Shown in pieces: positions 25,692-35,263 of a DNA stretch of 46,001 nt. Numbering within the stretch: position 1 is the first letter of the stretch; every line of letters begins with the position of its first letter. The stretch lies in the UHGV virus genome UHGV-0199506, one strand, 5' to 3'. The DNA is from a virus. The translations under genes were made by a program, and so were the position numbers. The notes below the pieces were generated by a model that worked only from the letters and a program-made list of their open reading frames with translations, made no database searches and was not told the DNA's origin.

Positions 25692-26749
25692 TGCGAGCTT
25701 TGCTTAACGTCGATATTGCACGCCATCTTGGAATTGTGCTGCTTAAGCCGGGTAGTGAATTAATGCCGTTATTCGGTGCCGGCCGGGTTCTTGTTGAAAT
25801 GCCGCCGGCAAGCATGAAAAAGATACCCAGTGGACGTCTTCCTGATGCCCGGCAGCCGTTGGCAGAGGATCCCACCCTTCATGTGTTCTTTTCCGATGAG
25901 CGCGTGATCCAGGCTGCTGGTGGGTTATCAGCGCTTGAGCGTTGGCTTAATTACCGGCATAAGGCATGCCAGTATCCTCACTCCGAATACCACCACGCTG
26001 AGTTGGTAACCATGCGGTACCCGCCCGGTGCGCTTCTGGTGTGCTGGTACTGCGACAATAATTTGCGTGAACAGACTACAGCGGAACTCCAGGATCTGGC
26101 GCTGAAAAACGTCATCGACTGGGTTATTGATACTGTACTGATCGCCCTTGGCTACAACAAAGAACGTTCTCTTTCTCTCGCTGAGCTGTGTTGGTGGGCT
26201 GTGCAGTCTGGTATTGCCGACACCATTACGGAGACCATGGCGCAGCGCGCTCTGCGTATGCCGGAGGAGCCATTTTTATCAGTTTATAAAGAAAGCGACA
26301 TTATTCCGATGCCAGCGGCCACCAGCGTTCTGCAGGAGAAAGTGAAACCTGCAGGAGTTGCGACGAAGCGCAGGAATAACGAATTCCTGCAGACCGAGCA
26401 GCAGGCGGAGATTCTGGCATTAAAGGTGGATCCTGAATCACCAGAGTCGTTCATGCTGCGACCGAAGCGGCGCCGTTGGACCTGTGAGCAGTACACTCGT
26501 TGGGTTAAAACGCAACCCTGCGAGGGCTGCCGCCGCCCGGCAGACGACCCGCACCATATCATCGGGCATGGTATGGGCGGTACAGCAACAAAAGCACATG
26601 ACCTCTTCGTGATCCCACTGTGCAGAGTGTGCCACGAAGAATTACATACCGATCTTGCGGCATTCGAGAAGAAATACGGCACGCAGTTAGAACTGTTTGC
26701 GCGTTTCCTGGATCGGGTGCTGGCGATCGGCGCAATTATAAAAGCATAG
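25691..26749 (+). CDS. DUF968-family protein with a C-terminal HNH-like zinc-finger nuclease motif
   Basis: C-terminal 'CEGCRRPADDPHHIIGHGMGGTATKAHDLFVIPLCRVCHEELH' (CxxC...HH...CxxCH) is typical of lambdoid nin-region DUF968 proteins. Start at MRALLNVD, with a GGAGGGA RBS. Confidence 0.7.
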   Translation: MRALLNVDIARHLGIVLLKPGSELMPLFGAGRVLVEMPPASMKKIPSGRLPDARQPLAEDPTLHVFFSDERVIQAAGGLSALERWLNYRHKACQYPHSEYHHAELVTMRYPPGALLVCWYCDNNLREQTTAELQDLALKNVIDWVIDTVLIALGYNKERSLSLAELCWWAVQSGIADTITETMAQRALRMPEEPFLSVYKESDIIPMPAATSVLQEKVKPAGVATKRRNNEFLQTEQQAEILALKVDPESPESFMLRPKRRRWTCEQYTRWVKTQPCEGCRRPADDPHHIIGHGMGGTATKAHDLFVIPLCRVCHEELHTDLAAFEKKYGTQLELFARFLDRVLAIGAIIKA

Positions 26750-26769
26750 TGTATGGAGCATTGAGCAGT

Positions 26770-27468
26770 ATGAACCTACAAAATCTGGAATATACCCGTA
26801 TTGAAGTGCGTCGAGCGTTGTTGGATTTATCCGGTGCAACAAAGGGACAACTCGAGGCATTTAGCGAGAATCCACCAGCAGACAAAAATAAAAATCCACG
26901 GTGCTCTCGCCATCTTGTCGATCTGGATGGGGGAATCGGTTGTGGCCCGTCGGTGGTTAAGGCACTGACTACTCCAGTTTATGTGATTGAGACCCGTAGC
27001 CGCCGTCGACCAATGCCGCCCATCAATGATATTGAATTCGGTTATTCGCCGTGGCGGCGCGCTGTAAACCTGCTGGAAGAACATCACCAGGCATGGGTGC
27101 GCTATTGCTATGGCTTCGATCTAAATTTCCGTTACCAGACGTTGATGTGCGAACACGTCTGGACTGAATACCAGAGCTATCAAGTGGGCAGGGCGATCCA
27201 ATCGAGAGTAATAAAAAAGCTTGTGGGACTGGTCTGGTTGGCTGGTCAGGAGGTTGCAGCGACCCGGAATAATGAAACGTATAAAGCCTACGCTGGCGCA
27301 GCTCTGGCACGTATGGTTTCAGTTGACCGCTCAACCTGGAAAAGGGTTTATGCCGGGCACTGGGAACGGCTTAAAAGGGCATTCGTTGAGATGGATAGCA
27401 ATGCATTGCAAATCATCTACAGATATCATGAGCAAATAGAAGACACCAAAACGGAAAAATGTGACTAA
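26770..27468 (+). CDS. Late antiterminator Q-like protein (approx. 232 aa from MNLQNLEY)
   Basis: Sits immediately upstream of a PR'/tR'-like region and the lysis cassette. Cys-rich segment NPRCSRHLVDLDGGIGCGPS. The ORF-track start at 26620 overlaps the DUF968 gene, so an internal start was chosen. The family call is positional plus weak motif evidence. Confidence 0.5.
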   Translation: MNLQNLEYTRIEVRRALLDLSGATKGQLEAFSENPPADKNKNPRCSRHLVDLDGGIGCGPSVVKALTTPVYVIETRSRRRPMPPINDIEFGYSPWRRAVNLLEEHHQAWVRYCYGFDLNFRYQTLMCEHVWTEYQSYQVGRAIQSRVIKKLVGLVWLAGQEVAATRNNETYKAYAGAALARMVSVDRSTWKRVYAGHWERLKRAFVEMDSNALQIIYRYHEQIEDTKTEKCD

Positions 27469-27556
27469 ATTTGGCTATCTTCTACAATTGAGCTTGCAAA
27501 ATGCAACAAAATGAGCGATATTTAAAGCTAATTTGATATGCTGCCAAAAACTTATG

Positions 27557-27580
27557 AACCCGCCATTGAGCGGGTTTTTG
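27557..27580 (+). terminator. tR'-like terminator (ACCCGC-CATTGA-GCGGGT + TTTT) in the late leader downstream of Q
   Basis: Hairpin plus T-run read directly. An AT-rich putative PR' region at 27500-27545 lies upstream. Confidence 0.65.
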
Positions 27581-27626
27581 CGTTACAATTCACCTGTTTA
27601 AATAAATTCTTTCGGACAGGTGACGC

Positions 27627-28478
27627 ATGAAAACAGATAGCCCAGAAAATCCATTTGAACGCAATGATTTTTCGATGGATGACTTCCACCACTACCTGAG
27701 GGAGTTTGATAAAGCGGTATGTGAAGCGAATGCTGTAAGTCAGGGGGTTGGAGTGCGAATGGCTGAAGCTTATAAAGGGTGGTCGACTTATATTTTTTCA
27801 CGAATTTGTATTCATGCATCAATAATGATTTCTAACGTACCCAAATCTAGGTGGGCGAAGAGGGATTATGATTTTTGGGATTTTTCTTCTATTGCAACCC
27901 ATGTAAGAGCGATTATCGAAGCTGAGTTGTTGTTTATGTATTTAGCTGAGAATCCAGATTCAACTGATGAGTGGTCAGCAAAGTTGAATGTTATGCACAT
28001 GAATGATTGTGCAAAGAGAATTGAGTTATTTACATCCAGTGGTAATACAAAAGCGTTGAGATTTTATAATGAACAACAAGAAATAATTACTGAGAGGCTT
28101 AGTAATAACCCATTTTTTATGACTCTTGATCAAGGAACCAGAAAGCGATGCTTGGCTGGAAAAGCCCTTACGATCCCTAATCGAGATGAGTTACTGATTA
28201 AACAGGGGAAAGATCCAAAGCAATTTAAGATTATGTTTGATTTTTTATCTCATTATACGCATATACTTCCTATGTCATATTATAAAATGGAGCCAAACGG
28301 GAGAGGTACCGGTTGTTTTAATAACTATGATTTTGGTTATATGATTATGGGTGTTTTTATTTGTACTGAATCTTTGACTCAATGCACAAATAGATTGGTA
28401 GAGCTTTTTCCTGATGTTAAAAGATTGAGAAAAGGAACTAAATCAAAATTTACGTTAGGGCCTAAACCTACAAAATAA
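27627..28478 (+). CDS. Hypothetical protein (283 aa), low-GC moron between tR' and the holin gene
   Basis: ~37% GC against ~55% for flanking late genes. It sits at the classical late-operon cargo position (where stx/bor-type morons reside). No recognisable family. Confidence 0.5.
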   Translation: MKTDSPENPFERNDFSMDDFHHYLREFDKAVCEANAVSQGVGVRMAEAYKGWSTYIFSRICIHASIMISNVPKSRWAKRDYDFWDFSSIATHVRAIIEAELLFMYLAENPDSTDEWSAKLNVMHMNDCAKRIELFTSSGNTKALRFYNEQQEIITERLSNNPFFMTLDQGTRKRCLAGKALTIPNRDELLIKQGKDPKQFKIMFDFLSHYTHILPMSYYKMEPNGRGTGCFNNYDFGYMIMGVFICTESLTQCTNRLVELFPDVKRLRKGTKSKFTLGPKPTK

Positions 28479-28631
28479 AAATGAATGGCTTGTTGCTATT
28501 ATAAAGGCTTCCAATCGGCGGCCTTTTTTAGTTTAAGACTTTTGGTATTACACTTGCATTTCCATAAGAGCCTAAAAGTCATAATCCATTCCATCAATCA
28601 CAGAGCCATCCGAAATATCGGAGGTGAGGCT

Positions 28632-28901
28632 ATGATCAGAATGAGCATCATATACAGCAGACTTTCATATGGAACAGGAACCACGCTTGCCGGCTGCGGT
28701 GTATCAGCGAAGGCATATGCCGAAACAGTAAAAGGTGTGTCTTGGATATTGGCCGATAGAATTGCAGGGTTAAGTCTCAGTGACTGGGCAATAATTGTCG
28801 GTATCGCCTGTACCGTCATTACCTGTGCAGTTAACTGGTATTACCGCCGTAAGGAAAGGGAGGACCGTCTTAATGGTAACGTCAACGGCATTGAAAAATA
28901 A
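28632..28901 (+). CDS. Holin, phage-21 S-like (pinholin-type), with dual-start motif MIRM
   Basis: MIRMSIIYSRLSYGTGTTLAGCGVSAKAY...WAIIVGIACTVITCAVNWYYRRKEREDR has two TM segments and a charged C-terminus. GGAGGTGAGG RBS. Two Met codons 3 residues apart, as in holin/antiholin pairs. Confidence 0.65.
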   Translation: MIRMSIIYSRLSYGTGTTLAGCGVSAKAYAETVKGVSWILADRIAGLSLSDWAIIVGIACTVITCAVNWYYRRKEREDRLNGNVNGIEK

Positions 28902-29412
28902 GCTAAGTGCGGCGGTCGTTGGCTTGATTCTTGCCGGAGCATCCGCTCCAGTAATTTTTGAACAGTTCATCAGCGAGAAAGAAGGTAATGCGCTGGTGGC
29001 AGTTGTTGATCCCGGCGGTGTGTGGTCATTGTGCCATGGCGTAACGACCATCGATGGCAAGTCCGTCGTTAAAGGGCAAAGAGCAACTGAGGCGCAGTGC
29101 AAGCAGGTAAATGCCATCGAGCGGAAAAAGGCGCTGGCTTGGGTAGACCGGAATATCAAGGTATCGCTTACCGCCCCGCAGAAGGTAGGTATTGCCAGCT
29201 TCTGCCCGTATAACATCGGCCCAGGTAAATGTTTCTCGTCTACGTTCTACCAGCGGATTAACGCTGGCGACCGTAAAGGCGCATGTGAAGCGATTCGCTG
29301 GTGGATTAAGGACGGTGGGAAGGATTGCCGCATACGCTCTAATAACTGCTATGGGCAGGTAACTCGCCGGGATCAGGAAAGTGCGCTGACGTGCTGGGGG
29401 ATTGACCAGTGA
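28873..29412 (+). CDS. SAR-endolysin (T4-lysozyme/GH24 family) with N-terminal signal-anchor-release segment
   Basis: [29 protein letters not shown] (SAR) followed by ...[23 protein letters not shown]... and ...[32 protein letters not shown]..., matching R21-type lysozymes. Catalytic E-8aa-D-5aa-T pattern. GGGAGGA RBS. Overlaps the holin 3' end by 29 nt. Confidence 0.8.
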   Translation: MVTSTALKNKLSAAVVGLILAGASAPVIFEQFISEKEGNALVAVVDPGGVWSLCHGVTTIDGKSVVKGQRATEAQCKQVNAIERKKALAWVDRNIKVSLTAPQKVGIASFCPYNIGPGKCFSSTFYQRINAGDRKGACEAIRWWIKDGGKDCRIRSNNCYGQVTRRDQESALTCWGIDQ

Positions 29413-29921
29413 ATGCAGCCTACTTAAAGCCAGCTATCGCCGTAATGATTATCGCTGGTGCCTTTGTTGCTGGTTTAGCCTGGAGCGATCGGGCATGGGA
29501 AAAGCGGTGGGCAGAACGTGATAGCGCCGAATCGTCCCAGGAAGTTAACGCGCAAACCGCCGCCCGGATAATTGAACAAGGGCGTTTAATCGCCCGCGAT
29601 GAGGCTGTAAAAAATGCTCAAGCGCAAACAGCTGCAGCGCGTACTGCTGCCGCTAATCTCTCTGATACTGTTAGCCAGCTGCGGCAGCAGGCAAAAAACC
29701 TTGCCACCCGCCTGGACGCCGCAAGCCACACCGCAAGTCTTGCCGCTACCGTCAGAAGCAAAACAACCGGCGCCACCGCCGGAGTGCTCGCCGACATGCT
29801 TGGAAACCTTGCAGAAGAAACTCGACGGTATGCTGCAATCGCTGACGAACGCTACACAGCAGGAATGACCTGTGAGCGGATTTACGAATCAGTAAGAACG
29901 TCTATCCCCAATAAGGGATAA
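29409..29921 (+). CDS. i-spanin Rz
   Basis: N-terminal TM ([17 protein letters not shown]), coiled-coil periplasmic domain. Start overlaps the endolysin stop (ATGA). Confidence 0.7.
   Translation: MNAAYLKPAIAVMIIAGAFVAGLAWSDRAWEKRWAERDSAESSQEVNAQTAARIIEQGRLIARDEAVKNAQAQTAAARTAAANLSDTVSQLRQQAKNLATRLDAASHTASLAATVRSKTTGATAGVLADMLGNLAEETRRYAAIADERYTAGMTCERIYESVRTSIPNKG
29614..29868 (+). CDS. o-spanin Rz1, embedded in the +1 frame of Rz
   Basis: Lipoprotein signal peptide with lipobox LLASC, Pro-rich mature part. Fully embedded in Rz, as in lambda. Confidence 0.7.
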   Translation: MLKRKQLQRVLLPLISLILLASCGSRQKTLPPAWTPQATPQVLPLPSEAKQPAPPPECSPTCLETLQKKLDGMLQSLTNATQQE

Positions 29922-29959
29922 GATGGTGTTTATCCCTTTGTGGGGATATCAACTGTATA

Positions 29960-29985
29960 GCCTCGCATCTGCGGGGCTTTTTTAT
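29960..29985 (+). terminator. Rho-independent terminator after the lysis cassette (GCCTCGC-ATCT-GCGGGGC + T6)
   Basis: Read directly, 40 nt after the Rz stop. Confidence 0.65.
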
Positions 29986-30002
29986 TCGCAAAAGGTAACG
30001 CG

Positions 30003-30311
30003 ATGAAGAGCTTAAAAATTGAATACGTAGACGGGAAGCTGGTGGCCCTCGAGCGGGATGGTAAATCCTACATGGATTTGCCGGTAAGCGCGGTTCACTT
30101 CACACATAGTATGAAAAATAACCCGTATCTCAAGGTTGAGATTGAGGCTGGTGGTGAGCCATATGTCCCGGCAGAACCGGCGCAGCCACCAGCGGCCGCC
30201 GAAAAAACGGTGACAGTGAAGGAAGGAGAGCTTATGCCTCCTGATGATAGTGCCCCCAGGGCAGAACGCCGTTCCCGTCATCGCAACCGTAACCGTAACA
30301 GGAGCCAGTAA
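30003..30311 (+). CDS. Hypothetical protein (102 aa) with Arg/Asn-rich C-terminus
   Basis: Between the lysis genes and cos. No family recognised. Confidence 0.4.
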   Translation: MKSLKIEYVDGKLVALERDGKSYMDLPVSAVHFTHSMKNNPYLKVEIEAGGEPYVPAEPAQPPAAAEKTVTVKEGELMPPDDSAPRAERRSRHRNRNRNRSQ

Positions 30312-30730
30312 TGTTTAACCGTAATGATCTAACCCTCACACTGTTCTATGCATCCAGCACGAGTGATGAGGGGAGTAAAGTCGCAATGTTCACTGTGCAG
30401 GTAAACAATACAGACATGGTGGCTGTGCAGAGCAATACGCTGCAATGCATTACTGACAAGTCTGGTAAGAAGGGTTATTCCGTTGGTGAACAAACGATAA
30501 GTAATGGCTCAGATCCACTGCTGATTGCCCTCGAAAACTACTGGCGAGTGAATACCGAGGCCGTCGTTAATGGATTGATGGCAGATGTGAGCGACTTTAT
30601 CGCGGGTAACGTCAGCCAGTCCTCTACATACCTTGGATTCAGTGGTTTGAAGATCTTCAACAATGTGCCGTTGGCGGAGCGTATCCCTGAAAGTGTATTG
30701 CAGGCCGACGGTGGCTCATCTGCAGGCTGA
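30311..30730 (+). CDS. Hypothetical protein (139 aa)
   Basis: ATGA-coupled to the upstream ORF. No family recognised. Confidence 0.4.
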   Translation: MFNRNDLTLTLFYASSTSDEGSKVAMFTVQVNNTDMVAVQSNTLQCITDKSGKKGYSVGEQTISNGSDPLLIALENYWRVNTEAVVNGLMADVSDFIAGNVSQSSTYLGFSGLKIFNNVPLAERIPESVLQADGGSSAG

Positions 30731-30825
30731 GTATTCACAGAGGCTGTTCAATGAGCGGCCTCGATAATTGCCCAGCAATTACAAACGATAATCATTATCC
30801 AATGGGTCCTCCCGGCGGGGTGGCC

Positions 30826-30850
30826 TTCCACGGGGCGGCGCGCTCGCGGG
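30826..30850. other. cos: cos site: cosN-like sequence ACGGGGCGGCGCGCTCGCGGG (predicted 12-nt cohesive end GGGCGGCGCGCT)
   Basis: Near-identical to lambda cosN ACGGGGCGGCGACCTCGCGGG. It lies ~110 bp upstream of the small terminase gene, as in lambda. Confidence 0.65.
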
Positions 30851-30961
30851 AATCGGCTGGTTTTCTGGATCCATGGTCATCATCATCATTTGCACAGGTT
30901 GTTGATTTTATTGATGCCTGTTTTGCAATGATGTCGAAATGGTTAAAAAGTGTTCATCATC

Positions 30962-31450
30962 ATGGATCAGGAAATCGCTTCTCTGAAGCTGAATATCAAT
31001 CAGCTGGCGGGCATAACCAATGTCCACCGTCAGACAGTGGCCGCCAGGCTGAAAAATGTTGAGCCGGCGCCAGGCAGCAACAGCAAACTAAAACTGTATT
31101 TAGTTACCGACGTTCTGGCTGAGTTAATGATCCCCACGGTTTCAACAAATCTTGAGGACATGCCGCCGGCTGACAGGCTGGCGCACTGGAAAGCAGAGAA
31201 CGAGCGGATTAAGTTTGAGCAGGATACGGGGCAACTGATCCCGGCAGATGAAGTTGCCAGGGAGTTTTCAGTAATGGCAAAAGCTGTAGTGATGGTGCTT
31301 GAAACCCTCCCTGATGTACTCGAGCGCGATTGTGCGCTTCCACCTGCAGCGGTTTCCCGTGTTCAAAGTGTGATTGACGATTTGCGCGACCAGATGGCCC
31401 AGAAGGTCATGGAAGCCGAAGCAGAGGAGGATGAGCCAGAGGAGGACTGA
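30962..31450 (+). CDS. Terminase small subunit (Nu1-like)
   Basis: N-terminal winged-HTH 'LAGITNVHRQTVAARLKN' resembles Nu1 'LADIFGASIRTIQNWQEQ'. Acidic C-terminus. Immediately upstream of the large terminase, with ATGA coupling. Confidence 0.6.
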   Translation: MDQEIASLKLNINQLAGITNVHRQTVAARLKNVEPAPGSNSKLKLYLVTDVLAELMIPTVSTNLEDMPPADRLAHWKAENERIKFEQDTGQLIPADEVAREFSVMAKAVVMVLETLPDVLERDCALPPAAVSRVQSVIDDLRDQMAQKVMEAEAEEDEPEED

Positions 31451-33552
31451 TGGCAAAGCGGGCATCCGCCAGGGGGATCCGTCGGGATGTCTCCGGAATT
31501 TTACGCGCGCCACGCCGCATGCTGGTTGCCGACGCGGTGGCCGAGTATATGCGTGTGCCAATGGGCGCTGGTAACTCGGTCCCGTGGGATCCTAATCTGG
31601 CCCCTTATGTTATCGAGCCAATGAATTGCCTGGCGTCACGCGAGTATGATGCTGTGGTGTTTGTCGGCCCGGCACGAACGGGTAAGACTATTGGCCTGAT
31701 TGATGGCTGGATTGTATACAGCATCGTTTGTGACCCGGCTGATATGCTGGTAATCCAGGTCTCCGAAGAGAAAGCGCGCGAACATTCAAAAAAGCGTCTT
31801 GATCGCACATTCCGTTGCAGCCCGCAGGTTAAATCAAGACTGAGCCCTCGCCGTAACGATAACAACGTTCACGATCGCACATTCCGTGCAGGTAACTATC
31901 TGAAGCTAGGCTGGCCTTCAGTCAATATTATGTCCTCGTCGGACTATAAATTTGTTGCTCTCACCGACTACGACCGCTTCCCGGAGGACATCGACGGGGA
32001 GGGGGACGGATTCTCGCTTGCCTCCAAACGTACCACCACATTTATGTCATCGGGGATGACCTTGGTCGAAAGCTCACCTGGCCGCGACATTCTCGATACG
32101 AAATGGCGGCAGAGTTCACCCCATGAAGCACCGCCCACAACGGGCGTGTTGTCGCTGTATAACCGCGGGGACCGCCGGCGGCTTTACTGGCCTTGCCCGC
32201 ATTGTGGGGAATATTTTCAGCCTGAAGTTGCCAACATGACTGGCTACCGTGACACGACGGACCTGGTCACAGCCAGCGAAGCGGCCTATCTGCAATGCCC
32301 GGCCTGCAAAGGAAAAGTGCTTCCTGCGATGAAGCGCGAGCTGAACATGAAAAGCGTCTGGCTACGTGACGGGCAGTCAATTGATCGGGATGGAAACATT
32401 ACAGGGGAGGGGCGGCGGTCACGCATTGCTTCTTTCTGGATGGAAGGGCCAGCAGCTGCTTACCAGACCTGGTCACAGCTAATTTATAAATATCTGGCGG
32501 CTGAACAGGAATACGAAAAAACCCATAGCGAAGAAACACTAAAAACGGTCGTTAACACTGACTTTGGTCGCCCTTATCTGCCGCGGGCGAGTACCGAACA
32601 GCGTAAAAGCGAACTGCTCGAACAGCGGGCCGAGGATGTCCCGAAACGTTGTGTGCCTGATGGTGTTTGTTTCCTGGTGGCAACGGTTGACGTTCAGGGG
32701 GGACGTAATCGCCGCTTTGTCGTTCAGGTCACTGGCTACGGAAGCATGGGCGAACGGTGGCTGGTGGACCGTTATAACATCCGCCAGTCACTCCGCTGCG
32801 ACGCTAACGGCGAAAGCCTGCCCATCGATCCAGCCAGTTATCCGGAGGACTGGGATCTGCTGCTGACCGATGTCTTTTACAAGACGTGGCGAATGGCATC
32901 CGATCCCCGCCGGTGTATGCGCCTGATGGCAATGGCAGTCGATTCCGGCGGTGAGGATGGTGTCACCGATAATGCCTACCGATTCTGGCGTAAATGCCGT
33001 CGGGAGGGAATTGGCCGGAATGTTTACCTGTTTAAAGGTGACGGTCATCGACGCGAAAAGCTGATCACCCAATCCCTGCCAGATAACACCGGCCGTTCGG
33101 CGCGCCGGGCGAAAGCCGCTGGGGATGTCCCGCTATATCTGCTGCAAACCAATGACCTCAAAGACCGGGTAAACAATGCCTTGTGGCGCGAAACACCGGG
33201 GCCGAATTACATCCATTTCCCGAAGTGGCTGGGGAGCTGGTTTTACGACGAACTGACTTACGAGGAGCGTGATTCTGATGGCAAATGGAGCAAGCCGGGT
33301 CGCGGCGCCAACGAAGCTTTTGACCTGCTGGTTTACGCTGATGCGCTGGTTATCCTTCGCGGATACGAAAAAATTAAATGGCCTGATGCGCCTGACTGGG
33401 CGCGGCGGGAAACGTGGATGGAGAACGTGCCGCCGGAAACTGGCGAAGAAGCACCCCCGGCGCCAGCGCCGGTCCAGACCAAAAAGGGCAAACGCAAAAA
33501 AACCGTAACTGATGATGCTAACCCATGGGCCACCTCAGGAGGCTGGTTATGA
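31450..33552 (+). CDS. Terminase large subunit (lambda gpA family)
   Basis: 700 aa. Walker A VFVGPARTGKT. Lambda-A-like length and position. Confidence 0.9.
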   Translation: MAKRASARGIRRDVSGILRAPRRMLVADAVAEYMRVPMGAGNSVPWDPNLAPYVIEPMNCLASREYDAVVFVGPARTGKTIGLIDGWIVYSIVCDPADMLVIQVSEEKAREHSKKRLDRTFRCSPQVKSRLSPRRNDNNVHDRTFRAGNYLKLGWPSVNIMSSSDYKFVALTDYDRFPEDIDGEGDGFSLASKRTTTFMSSGMTLVESSPGRDILDTKWRQSSPHEAPPTTGVLSLYNRGDRRRLYWPCPHCGEYFQPEVANMTGYRDTTDLVTASEAAYLQCPACKGKVLPAMKRELNMKSVWLRDGQSIDRDGNITGEGRRSRIASFWMEGPAAAYQTWSQLIYKYLAAEQEYEKTHSEETLKTVVNTDFGRPYLPRASTEQRKSELLEQRAEDVPKRCVPDGVCFLVATVDVQGGRNRRFVVQVTGYGSMGERWLVDRYNIRQSLRCDANGESLPIDPASYPEDWDLLLTDVFYKTWRMASDPRRCMRLMAMAVDSGGEDGVTDNAYRFWRKCRREGIGRNVYLFKGDGHRREKLITQSLPDNTGRSARRAKAAGDVPLYLLQTNDLKDRVNNALWRETPGPNYIHFPKWLGSWFYDELTYEERDSDGKWSKPGRGANEAFDLLVYADALVILRGYEKIKWPDAPDWARRETWMENVPPETGEEAPPAPAPVQTKKGKRKKTVTDDANPWATSGGWL

Positions 33553-33761
33553 ATAAAAGTGATATTGAGGCCATGATCCAGCGCTATGCCGAAGCGGAGA
33601 TGGCGGTACTGGATGGCAAATCCATCAAATTTAACGGTCAGGAAATGACCATGGAAAACCTGTCCGAAATCCGTAAAGGGCGGCAGGAGTGGGAGCGGCG
33701 TCTTACTTCCCTGAATAATCAGCGCCGGGGGCGGCCTGGCTACAAACTGGCGAGGTTTTAA
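33549..33761 (+). CDS. Head-tail joining protein gpW-like (70 aa)
   Basis: AGGAGG RBS. ATGA overlap with the terminase stop. Size and position match lambda W. Confidence 0.6.
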   Translation: MNKSDIEAMIQRYAEAEMAVLDGKSIKFNGQEMTMENLSEIRKGRQEWERRLTSLNNQRRGRPGYKLARF

Positions 33762-35263
33762 TGTCTTTACTTGATGATGCGATAGGTGTCATTTCTCCCG
33801 GCTGGAAGGCTGCGAGGCTAAGATCCCGCGCCATGATACAGGCATATGAAGCCGTTAAGCCCACCCGCACCCACAAAGCCCGAAGAGAGAATCGTTCCGC
33901 TGACCAGCTCAGCAAGATGGGGGCCGTCTCTCTCCGTGAGCAGGCGAGGTGGCTTGATAATAACCACGATTTAGTGATTGGCATTTTCGATAAGCTTGAA
34001 GAGCGGGTGGTAGGTAAAAGCGGGATTATCGTGGAGCCGCATCCGAAGCTCAAGAATGGCAAGATCGCTAAAAAGCTGGCGGCGGATATCCGGCAGAAAT
34101 GGGGGGAATGGTCTATTCGACCGGAAGTGACCCATCAGTTTACCCGCCCCATGCTGGAGCGCCTGATGTTACGCAGCTGGTTGCGCGACGGGGAGGTTTT
34201 TGCACAGATCGTCAGCGGCACAGGCAATGGCCTGACGCCTACCGCCGGGGTGCCGTTCTGGCTGGAAGCGCTTGAGGCTGATTTTGTTCCCCAGACCAGC
34301 AACGAGTCAGACAAGCTAAATCAGGGGGTATATACCGATAACTGGGGCAGGCCAAAGGGCTATCTGGTTTATAAAAGCCTGCCGATCTCTGGCAGGCAAC
34401 TGGAAACGAAACGGGTTGATGCGGAAAACATGCTCCACCTGAAGTTTGTCCGCCGGCTGCATCAGACGCGCGGAACGTCGCTTTTGTCCGGCGTTCTTAT
34501 GCGACTCAGTGCTCTGAAAGAATACGAAGATGCTGAACTGACTGCAGCACGCATCGCCGCCGCCCTTGGGATGTATATCAAAAAAGGGGATGGGCAAAGC
34601 TGGGATGAAAACGCCGGTAAGGATGATGATCGTGAGCTGAATATTCAGCCCGGCATTATCTACGACGACCTGCTGCCCGGCGAGGATATCGGCATGGTCA
34701 AATCCGATCGCCCGAATCCCAATCTTGAAACCTTCCGCAACGGCCAGCTGCGAGCTGTGTCCGCGGGCAGCCGTCTGAGTTTTTCCAGTACCGCCAGAAA
34801 CTATAACGGCACTTACAGTGCTCAGCGGCAGGAGCTGGTGGAATCGACAGACGGATATCTCATTCTCCAGGACTGGTTTATTGGCGCCGTGACACGTCCG
34901 ATGTATCGCGCCTGGCTGAAGATGGCTGTCGCCAGCGGCCAAATCACGTTACCACGCGGGCTGGATATTGAGTCCTTATACACCGCTGTGTATTCCGGCC
35001 CGGTCATGCCATGGATTGATCCCGTCAAGGAGGCTAATGCCTGGAAGGCTCAAATACGCGGTGGCGCTGCGACGGAATCAGACTGGGTTCGTGCCAGCGG
35101 GCGTCATCCCGATGATGTGAAAGCACGCCGGAAGGCCGAAATCGATGAAAACCGTGAGCAGGGGCTGATATTTGATACTGATCCTGCCAATGACAGAGGA
35201 GGCACCAGTGCCGATGCCAAAGAACTGGACGCTTCAACGTCCGAAAGCAAGCGTAAAAAGTAA
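33761..35263 (+). CDS. Portal protein (lambda gpB family)
   Basis: 500 aa, at the canonical position after W. Charged C-terminal tail. Confidence 0.85.
   Translation: MSLLDDAIGVISPGWKAARLRSRAMIQAYEAVKPTRTHKARRENRSADQLSKMGAVSLREQARWLDNNHDLVIGIFDKLEERVVGKSGIIVEPHPKLKNGKIAKKLAADIRQKWGEWSIRPEVTHQFTRPMLERLMLRSWLRDGEVFAQIVSGTGNGLTPTAGVPFWLEALEADFVPQTSNESDKLNQGVYTDNWGRPKGYLVYKSLPISGRQLETKRVDAENMLHLKFVRRLHQTRGTSLLSGVLMRLSALKEYEDAELTAARIAAALGMYIKKGDGQSWDENAGKDDDRELNIQPGIIYDDLLPGEDIGMVKSDRPNPNLETFRNGQLRAVSAGSRLSFSSTARNYNGTYSAQRQELVESTDGYLILQDWFIGAVTRPMYRAWLKMAVASGQITLPRGLDIESLYTAVYSGPVMPWIDPVKEANAWKAQIRGGAATESDWVRASGRHPDDVKARRKAEIDENREQGLIFDTDPANDRGGTSADAKELDASTSESKRKK

Noticed and set aside
30751-31062. 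103-aa ORF (MSGLDNCPAIT...)
   Set aside because: It spans the cos site and runs into the terminase small-subunit gene in another frame. The cos region is expected to be non-coding.
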